DNA of 27,856 nt from Candidatus Eiseniibacteriota bacterium (lineage in GTDB: Bacteria; Eisenbacteria; RBG-16-71-46; DASYSL01). Below, one piece after another: positions 1-6,438 of this stretch (the stretch's first letter is position 1; every line of letters starts with the position of its first letter). A program made the translations under genes and the position numbers. The stretch covers positions 1-27,856 of the forward strand of contig JANPEF010000119.1 of the NCBI GenBank assembly GCA_031431875.1. The letters are read 5' to 3'. Under the pieces are notes generated by a model, which saw only the letters and a program-made list of their open reading frames with translations, had not been told where the DNA came from and did not search any database.

Positions 1-2
1 CC

Positions 3-540
3 GGCGTCTACGCGCTGGTGATCACGAGCACCGAGACCCGCTGCGTGGGAAGCAACTCGTGCACCAAGACGGTGGTCGAGGATCCGCGTCCGGTGTGCTC
101 GATCTCGGGCGAGGATCTCAACGTCTGCCCGGGTGAGACGGTGCGGCTGTGCGGTCCGGATGGTGCGTTCACGTACGCGTGGACCAAGGACGGCGTGGCC
201 TACAGCACCGAGAAGTGCATCAACGTCGGTGCCGGCGTCTACGCGCTGGTGATCCGCAGCACCGAGACCGGCTGCGTGAGCGACAACTCGTGCACCAAGA
301 CGGTGGTCGAGGACCCGCGTCCGGTGTGCTCGATCTCGGCGGACAAGGATGCGGTTTGCGCCGCCGAAACCGCGCGGTTGTGCGGTCCGGACGGTCCGTT
401 CACGTACGCATGGACCAAGGACGGCGTGGCGTACAGCACTGAGGAGTGCATCAACGTCGGGCCTGGCGTCTACGCGCTGGTCATCCGCAACACCGTGACC
501 GGCTGCGTGAGCGACAACTCGTGCACCAAGACAATCGTTC
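3..540 (+). repeat. Intragenic tandem repeat, 231-bp (77-aa) period, about 2.3 copies visible
   Basis: GGCGTCTACGCGCTGGT recurs at 3, 234 and 465. The units are highly similar in nucleotide sequence. Confidence 0.9.
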
Positions 541-2114
541 CTCGCACGCCGCCGTGCGTCGACGTGACGGTCGATGCACCCGAAGCGCTCTGCGCCGGAG
601 CCGCGTTCGAACTCTGCGGTCGGGTGACGAATTGCGGCGACACGATTGCCGATCTCGAAGTGCGCTACGGCGACGTCGTGCGTACGTACCCTGGCGTGCC
701 CGCGAGGGAGTGGCGCGACTACTGCATCCCGGCCGTGATGCCGGCCTGCACCGATGGCAGCATCACGTTCCAGGTCACCGCCAAGGCCAGCAATGCCTGC
801 GGCCCCATCTCCAAGAACGCCAGCGACACCGTTCAGTGCAAGGTGCCGCGGATCGACGTGGAGAAGGTCGCCCGGGAGACTACGGTCGCGAATGGCGGCA
901 CGATCCACTACACGATCACGGTGACCAATCCGTCTTCCACCGTCGCGCTCGAGAACGTCACTGTCGTCGACGATCTCTGCGCATACGCGAAGTGGACGGG
1001 TGTCGCGAATCCGGCCCCCTCGGTCGCGCCTGGTGTCGGCACGGCCGGCGGCCTGGTCACGTGGAACATCGGCAACCTCGCTCCGCTGGCGCAGGTCGAT
1101 ATCACCTTCGAGGTGACCGCTGACATTGCGGCCGGTGGGGGCACCTGCCCGACCACGGTCCAGTGCCAGAACGACGTCTACGCGACCGGCAAGTGCGCGG
1201 GCGGCGGTGCGGATTCGGTTCCGGTCCGTGACGACGACTCGATCACCACGCCGATCACCTGTGCGGGCGAGGCCTGCCCGCGGACGGTCGGCTTCTGGGG
1301 TGCGCAGTGCGCCCAGCGTGGCAACGGCAGCACGAAGTTCACCGTCGCGCAGCTGACGGCGATCGCGGAGTGCATCGACTCCCGCTCGTCGTTCTTCAAC
1401 TGGTCGGCCGGCACGGACTTCGAGCAGTTCTGCCGCCACCTGAGCACGGCCAACATGACCCAGCGGGTCCAGGCGAAGCGTCAGTTCGCCGGCGTGCTGG
1501 CCAACATGTGCACCGACGCTCTCAACCTGCAGCCGTCGCAGGGCGGCAAGATCTTCCTCGATCCGGCGACGCCGGTTCGCTGCTCGGGCCTGAACGCGAC
1601 CACCCTCGGCGCGCTGATCGACGAGGTGGATGCGATTCTGGCGGAGCTGGAAGGTCAGAGCCTCAACAGCGGCGCGGTCAAGAGCCGCTACGGACAGCTG
1701 ATCTCGTGTCTCGACGCCATCAACAACGGCGTCAACATCCCGGTGCGCTCGGATTGCGAGCACGGTGGCACGGGCTTCACCGGCGAAGGTGCCGAGGTCG
1801 GCGACGAGGCTTCGGTCGACGCAGGCGCGTCGGTCGAACTCTATCGTCCGTCCCCGAACCCCTTCTCGGGCGTGACGGCGTTCGCCTACAAGGTCGATGC
1901 GACCGAGGCGTCCGTCAGCATCAGCGTCTATGACGTCGCCGGCCGGCAGATTCGGAACCTTGTCTCGGGCGTCCAGACCGCGGGTCAGCACACCGCGAGC
2001 TGGGACGGTCGGAACGACTCCGGCGTCAAGGCCACCCGCGGCGTCTACTTCGTCCGCACGGTGATCGCGGGCGTCAAGTCGAACACCAGCCGGGTGCTCT
2101 ACCTCTCCGAGTAG
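3..2114 (+). CDS. 5'-truncated large Cys-rich secreted/surface protein: tandem 77-aa Ig/SprB-like repeats, DUF11-like domain, GFW-type helical domain, C-terminal FlgD-Ig/T9SS-like sorting domain
   Basis: The frame is open from position 3 (GVYALVITSTE...), so the start lies outside the window. DUF11-like VEKVA...IHYTITVTNPS...VTVVDDL. C-terminus PSPNPF...VSISVYDVAGRQIRNLV...WDGRNDSG...GVYFVR. Strong GC3 codon bias. Confidence 0.85.
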   Translation, partial: GVYALVITSTETRCVGSNSCTKTVVEDPRPVCSISGEDLNVCPGETVRLCGPDGAFTYAWTKDGVAYSTEKCINVGAGVYALVIRSTETGCVSDNSCTKTVVEDPRPVCSISADKDAVCAAETARLCGPDGPFTYAWTKDGVAYSTEECINVGPGVYALVIRNTVTGCVSDNSCTKTIVPRTPPCVDVTVDAPEALCAGAAFELCGRVTNCGDTIADLEVRYGDVVRTYPGVPAREWRDYCIPAVMPACTDGSITFQVTAKASNACGPISKNASDTVQCKVPRIDVEKVARETTVANGGTIHYTITVTNPSSTVALENVTVVDDLCAYAKWTGVANPAPSVAPGVGTAGGLVTWNIGNLAPLAQVDITFEVTADIAAGGGTCPTTVQCQNDVYATGKCAGGGADSVPVRDDDSITTPITCAGEACPRTVGFWGAQCAQRGNGSTKFTVAQLTAIAECIDSRSSFFNWSAGTDFEQFCRHLSTANMTQRVQAKRQFAGVLANMCTDALNLQPSQGGKIFLDPATPVRCSGLNATTLGALIDEVDAILAELEGQSLNSGAVKSRYGQLISCLDAINNGVNIPVRSDCEHGGTGFTGEGAEVGDEASVDAGASVELYRPSPNPFSGVTAFAYKVDATEASVSISVYDVAGRQIRNLVSGVQTAGQHTASWDGRNDSGVKATRGVYFVRTVIAGVKSNTSRVLYLSE

Positions 2115-2127
2115 AGCCACTCATCGT

Positions 2128-2165
2128 CCCGGAGGGAGGTGGGCTCGTCCCGCCTCCCTCTCGGG
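2128..2165 (+). terminator. GC-rich hairpin just after the stop codon (terminator or 3'-stabilising stem)
   Basis: GAGGGAGGTGGG (2132-2143) pairs with CCCGCCTCCCTC (2149-2160), with one G-U pair. No U-tract. Confidence 0.5.
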
Positions 2166-2189
2166 GTCGCACTCTCAACGAAACCAAGG

Positions 2190-2230
2190 CAGCCCCGCTC
2201 CCCCCCGGGGTCCGGGGCTGTTTCATTGTT
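2190..2230 (+). terminator. Intrinsic terminator
   Basis: CAGCCCCG (2190-2197) / CGGGGCTG (2213-2220) stem followed by TTTCATTGTT. Confidence 0.65.
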
Positions 2231-2257
2231 GATCGCTGTCCCATATGGGTTTACACT
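2229..2257 (+). promoter_or_regulatory. Putative sigma70 promoter of the 2404..5028 gene
   Basis: TTGATC (2229-2234), 17-bp spacer, TACACT (2252-2257). Confidence 0.6.
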
Positions 2258-2403
2258 CAGGCACGCTCTCGAAGGCCAGACGTCCCAGCCAACGTCCGGC
2301 ACTGCACGGATGCAGCTTCGAAGCCCTGGGTCGCGATCGCCGCTCCCCCCCGGCGCGACCGCCTGGTTCCCCACTCCCCGGGCTGGTAGGAGGCATCCGC
2401 ACC

Positions 2404-5028
2404 ATGAATCTCCATCAATCAACTCAGCATCTCGCGCGCCGCGTGACGACAGCGATATTGGCTGCCTGTTGTGCACTCACGCTGTTTGCCGGCGCGTCGT
2501 TCGCCGGGGCGGCTCCGCTCATCGACGGCAACGGCAACGACATGGTCAGCTTCGCAGATGCGTTCACGGGGAGCGGTTGTGCCATCAACCGCGAGGATCC
2601 GCGCAACGACATCGCGGTTGCCGATCCGACGTATCCGTCCTGCGCGACGCGCGAGGATCCGGACAACAACGGCAGCTTCGACTACTTCGTCAACGGGTTC
2701 GATCTGCGTCGGTTCGTGTTCGTCTACGATCGCCCGAACCAGACCGCCTACATCCTGTGGCGGATGGAAGGGATCGTCGGCGACACCGACGGCAACAGGA
2801 ACCCGGATAACAGCGTCTGCCCGGAAGTGCCTGGCACCCAGTTCCCCGATCTCGAAGGGATCTCGGGAGACGAGAAGTACCAGGCTCGCATCGACCTGAA
2901 CTGCGACGGTATCTTCGACATCATCATCAAGATCGGCGATATCGACGGCACGGCGGACAACATTTCGGTCACGGGTGTGGCGACCGGAACGACGACCATC
3001 GCCTACCGCAAGGTTGGCGACGGCAGCGTCATCAGCGGTCGTGACCTCGAGATGAAGATCGAGGGCATCAGTCTGCCGCCGGCCTTCCGGGTCGCGGCGA
3101 ACGTCAACGCCGAGGACGATGGTCCCGGCGAGGACAACTTCCTGGCGGTCCCGTGTGGCGAGGCAGTCCCCTCGATCGACCTGGCCAAGTCGGTGAACGT
3201 CGCCCAGATCTGCCCGGGTGGCTCGGCTGACTTCACGCTGGTCGTGACCAACACCGGCAACGTCGACCTGGCCAACGTGACGCTGGTCGACGATCTCGAC
3301 GCCGGTCTGGTCTACCAGTCGACGGTGTCGAACACGTGCGGCGGCGGGGTGGCCCAGAACGGGAACCAGTTGACGTACGGGCCGTTCTCCCTGGCCACCG
3401 GCGCCTCGTGCACGATCGTGATCCGTGTCGGCCGGACGGCCGAGTGCGCGGGCACCAAGCTGAACAACGCCCGGGTCGATGCCCAGTTCCAGTCGGCGTG
3501 CGTCAATGGCGGCGAAGCCGTCAACGTCTTCGACACCGCTTCGGCGTCCGTGCTCTGCGGCAACGTCCAGTGCTCGATCGAAGCGCCGGATACGCGCGTC
3601 TGTGGCGCTGAGTTGGTCCGAATCTGCGGCCCGGCTGGCGAATACGACTATGCATGGTCAAAGAATGGTCAGCCGCTGGCGGAGACGACCCAGTGCATCA
3701 ACGTCGGTGCGGGCACGTACTCGCTGGTGGTCACGGACCGTGCGACGCGCTGCGTGAGCTCCAATCCTTGCTCCGTCATCATCGAGCAGGACACGCCGCT
3801 TATCGAGGTCACCAAGACCGTTTCGCCCGAAGGTCCGGTCGACCAGGGCGCGGTCCTCAGCTACACGATCACGGTGACGAACCCGGCGTGGAGCACGATC
3901 ACGGCGCAGAACGTCGTCGTCACCGACGTCCTCTGCGACGAGTCCGTGTACGCGGGCAACGCCAACCCGGCGCCGACCTCGGCTCCGAACGTCGGCGACA
4001 ACGGGACTATCGTCTGGAACGTCGGACCGCTCGCGCCGGGTGCCTCGGCGACGATCACGTTCGATGCCCGCATCCGCGTCCTCGATGCCCCGGCATGCGA
4101 AGCGACGGATCGTCGTTGCGAGAACACCGTCCATGTCTCCACCTCGTGTGGCGACAAGGAAGTCACGGACGATGACTCGGTCAACACGCCGATCATCGCT
4201 TGCACCCCCCAGGGCCTCTGCCGCCTGACCGGTGGTGGCTGCCTCAACGAGGACGGCGACAACCGTGGCAGGAAGCAGAGCACGTTCGGTGGCAACTCGA
4301 GCCCGTTCCACGAAGGTGGCGGCCCGACCGGCAACTCGTGGCAGCACGTGTACCGCGACGGCAAGACCATCCTGTTCAACTGGCACAGCTGGGATGCGTA
4401 CGTGACCCGCTGCACGGTTGTTGGATCCGGTCCGTGCAGCCCGCAGGCCGAGAACACCAAGGCCGAGTTCCAGGGCACCGGCAAGTTCAGTCGTGGTCCG
4501 GGAAGCCGCGAAGAGGCGGGCAACATGAAGGCCTACATCATCGATCACAGGGAAGGCGCCTGTAACCGCAACTCTCGCGACGAGTACTGGATCCAGGTCC
4601 GCGAGGGCGTCGTCATCGGCGAAGGCGCAATCGTCTTCGAGACCAGTGGCGAGATCGACTGCGGCAACCTGCAGATCCACGAGACGCCGCGGTGGCTGTT
4701 CAGCGGCGGCACGCAGCAGCCCGGCACGCTCAACGAGGTGGAGTCGGTGGCCCTGCTGAACCGGGCCGTCCCGAATCCGTTCCGTGGCAACATGAGCTAC
4801 GCGTTCGAAGTCGTCGGTGAAAGCCAGCCGGTCGACGTGGGCGTGTACAACGTGGCCGGACGCCTGGTGAAGTCGCTGGTTCGGGAGACGATGCCCGCCG
4901 GCCGTCACACGGCGACGTGGAACGGTCAGGATGACAACGGCGCCCGGGTTCCGAGCGGCGTGTACTTCGTCCGCGCGCGGTACGGTGCGGAGCAGAAGCA
5001 GCAGCGGGTGATCTACCTGGGTCAGTAG
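2404..5028 (+). CDS. Secreted Cys-rich surface protein (874 aa): signal peptide, Asp-rich Ca-binding-like N-domain, two DUF11-like domains, one 77-aa repeat, TGGG...GNLQIH domain, C-terminal FlgD-Ig/T9SS-like domain
   Basis: Start moved to ATG 2404 (AGGAGG at 2388-2393). Sec signal MNLHQ...LTLFAGASFA. LAKSV...FTLVVTNTGNVDL and VTKTV...YTITVTNP segments. C-terminus PNPF...VYNVAGRLVKSL...WNGQDDNG...GVYFVR. Confidence 0.85.
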   Translation: MNLHQSTQHLARRVTTAILAACCALTLFAGASFAGAAPLIDGNGNDMVSFADAFTGSGCAINREDPRNDIAVADPTYPSCATREDPDNNGSFDYFVNGFDLRRFVFVYDRPNQTAYILWRMEGIVGDTDGNRNPDNSVCPEVPGTQFPDLEGISGDEKYQARIDLNCDGIFDIIIKIGDIDGTADNISVTGVATGTTTIAYRKVGDGSVISGRDLEMKIEGISLPPAFRVAANVNAEDDGPGEDNFLAVPCGEAVPSIDLAKSVNVAQICPGGSADFTLVVTNTGNVDLANVTLVDDLDAGLVYQSTVSNTCGGGVAQNGNQLTYGPFSLATGASCTIVIRVGRTAECAGTKLNNARVDAQFQSACVNGGEAVNVFDTASASVLCGNVQCSIEAPDTRVCGAELVRICGPAGEYDYAWSKNGQPLAETTQCINVGAGTYSLVVTDRATRCVSSNPCSVIIEQDTPLIEVTKTVSPEGPVDQGAVLSYTITVTNPAWSTITAQNVVVTDVLCDESVYAGNANPAPTSAPNVGDNGTIVWNVGPLAPGASATITFDARIRVLDAPACEATDRRCENTVHVSTSCGDKEVTDDDSVNTPIIACTPQGLCRLTGGGCLNEDGDNRGRKQSTFGGNSSPFHEGGGPTGNSWQHVYRDGKTILFNWHSWDAYVTRCTVVGSGPCSPQAENTKAEFQGTGKFSRGPGSREEAGNMKAYIIDHREGACNRNSRDEYWIQVREGVVIGEGAIVFETSGEIDCGNLQIHETPRWLFSGGTQQPGTLNEVESVALLNRAVPNPFRGNMSYAFEVVGESQPVDVGVYNVAGRLVKSLVRETMPAGRHTATWNGQDDNGARVPSGVYFVRARYGAEQKQQRVIYLGQ

Positions 5029-5066
5029 GACCGGGATCAGTTCACCGGCAACAGCAGCAAACACGA

Positions 5067-5094
5067 TGGGGCGGCTCCGCAAGGGGCCGCCCCA
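5067..5094 (+). terminator. Hairpin with GCAA tetraloop downstream of the 2404..5028 gene
   Basis: TGGGGCGGCTCC-GCAA-GGGGCCGCCCCA, a 12-bp stem with one G-U pair. Confidence 0.65.
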
Positions 5095-5102
5095 AAGTGC
5101 TT

Positions 5103-5126
5103 GGTTGTGCCCGCACGATTGTGTGC
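5103..5126 (+). repeat. Left terminal inverted repeat (IRL)
   Basis: Exact reverse complement of 6316-6339. Confidence 0.92.
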
Positions 5127-5154
5127 TGGCCCCGGGATGAGGTAGCCTTTCGGC

Positions 5155-6258
5155 ATGACCAATGCGCCTGCCCCCCAGGCGCCCCCGTTCTGTCCCAATG
5201 CGGCCTGTCCCTTCCACTTGGGGGATCGGCAGACGTGGCGATTCGAAAAGATCGGCTTCTTCGATCGCCAGAGCCCGCCGTATCAAGTGCAGCGTTATCG
5301 CTGTCTGACCTGTCGGCGGAGCTTTTCCGACCAGACTTTCGAGGCGACCTACTGGATGCGGCGGGCCGACCTGCTCGCCCCGGTGTTCCTCCGACTTCAG
5401 TCATGCTCGGGCTTCCGGCAGATCGCGCGTGAGTTCGGAGTCTCCCCGACTTCGATTGCCGGCATGAGCGCCCGGCTGGGCCGCCATGCCCTGCTGTTCC
5501 ACGAACTGCATCGGCCGAAGGGCCCGCTCGAGGAGCCTCTCGCCCTCGACGGCTTCGAAGGCTTCGAGTGGAGCCAGTTCTACCCGTCGGCCTACCACGT
5601 TGCCGCAGGAAAGGACTCGCACTTCTTCTACGGGTTCACGACCACGGAGCTCCGGCGCAAGGGTCGGATGACCGACTCCCAGCGCAAGCTGAGGAGGACA
5701 CTCGAGAAGCGCTTCGGCCGCCCGGATCCCAAGGGAACGGAGAAGGATTTTGCACGGCTCCTCGCGATCGTTGCGCCGCGGGCCCAGTCGCTCGTGCTCC
5801 ACACCGACGAGCACCAGGCGTATCCGCGTGCGCTCAAGCGGGTTGCACACCTGAACGTCGATCACCGGACCATCTCCTCCCGCGCGGCGCGGACGCCCCA
5901 GAACCCGCTGTTCTCCGTCAACCTGCTCGATCTGTTGATCCGCCACAGCGGCTCGCATCACAAGCGCGAGACGATCGCGTTCCCCAAGCGCCTGCAGAGC
6001 GGTTGCTGGCGGATGGCCGGCTTTGGCGTGTGGCGCAACTTCATGAAGCCGTTCTCGGAGCGGAAGAAGTGGAAGGGAACGCCAGCCATGCGGCTCGGCC
6101 TGGCCGAGCGACCGCTCACGGTCGAGGATGTGCTGGCAAGCAGGCTGTTCCCGAGTCGGATCCGGCTTCCCGAACCGTGGACAACCTACTACTGGGGGCG
6201 AGTGCCGACCCGGGCCCTGCCACGCTGGCGGGAACATCGACGGAAGTACGCGGTGTAG
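5155..6258 (+). CDS. Transposase (367 aa): zinc ribbon, HTH and RNase H-like catalytic domain
   Basis: CPNAAC...YRCLTCRRSF zinc ribbon. FRQIAREFGVSPTSI HTH. LDGFE and LHTDEHQAY acidic motifs. RETIAFPK and TPAMRLGL...LTVEDVL motifs resemble single-ORF IS1-family transposases. Confidence 0.85.
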   Translation: MTNAPAPQAPPFCPNAACPFHLGDRQTWRFEKIGFFDRQSPPYQVQRYRCLTCRRSFSDQTFEATYWMRRADLLAPVFLRLQSCSGFRQIAREFGVSPTSIAGMSARLGRHALLFHELHRPKGPLEEPLALDGFEGFEWSQFYPSAYHVAAGKDSHFFYGFTTTELRRKGRMTDSQRKLRRTLEKRFGRPDPKGTEKDFARLLAIVAPRAQSLVLHTDEHQAYPRALKRVAHLNVDHRTISSRAARTPQNPLFSVNLLDLLIRHSGSHHKRETIAFPKRLQSGCWRMAGFGVWRNFMKPFSERKKWKGTPAMRLGLAERPLTVEDVLASRLFPSRIRLPEPWTTYYWGRVPTRALPRWREHRRKYAV

Positions 6259-6315
6259 GGGCGAGGTGGATTCCGCTACCTGGGTTGAGCCAGGGGAACT
6301 CACGCTCTCTGGGAC

Positions 6316-6339
6316 GCACACAATCGTGCGGGCACAACC
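6316..6339 (-). repeat. Right terminal inverted repeat (IRR)
   Basis: GCACACAATCGTGCGGGCACAACC, the exact inverse of the IRL. Confidence 0.92.
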
Positions 6340-6380
6340 TGCGGGCACACCGGGCACACCGGACGGCGACCTGAGATGCG

Positions 6381-6408
6381 AAAACCCGGGAGCCTGTGGG
6401 CTCCCGGG
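6381..6408 (-). terminator. Intrinsic terminator of the minus-strand subtilase
   Basis: Perfect 10-bp stem CCCGGGAGCC/GGCTCCCGGG. AAAA at 6381-6384 gives a U-tract on the minus strand, about 30 nt past the stop. Confidence 0.75.
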
Positions 6409-6438
6409 CCGTCGCGGACCGTCGCTCGTCGCGGGGCG

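Larger units (their letters stand above)
5103..6339 (+). mobile_element. Insertion sequence, 1,237 bp, IS1/IS1595-related, single transposase ORF
   Basis: Perfect 24-bp terminal inverted repeats GGTTGTGCCCGCACGATTGTGTGC (5103-5126 and 6316-6339) flank a transposase. The 5'-GGT ends resemble IS1. No flanking target duplication found. Confidence 0.9.

Noticed and set aside
3..540. Repeats considered as a CRISPR array or DGR template/variable repeats
   Set aside because: They are in-frame 231-bp coding repeats with no spacers, no cas or reverse transcriptase gene, and differences not confined to adenines.
3658..5286. 542-aa antisense ORF (likewise 5401..6357, 7672..9693, 14588..15976, 22373..24463, 25527..26909)
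   Set aside because: Antisense shadows of genes with clear motifs. No domain signatures, and some cross IS or gene boundaries.
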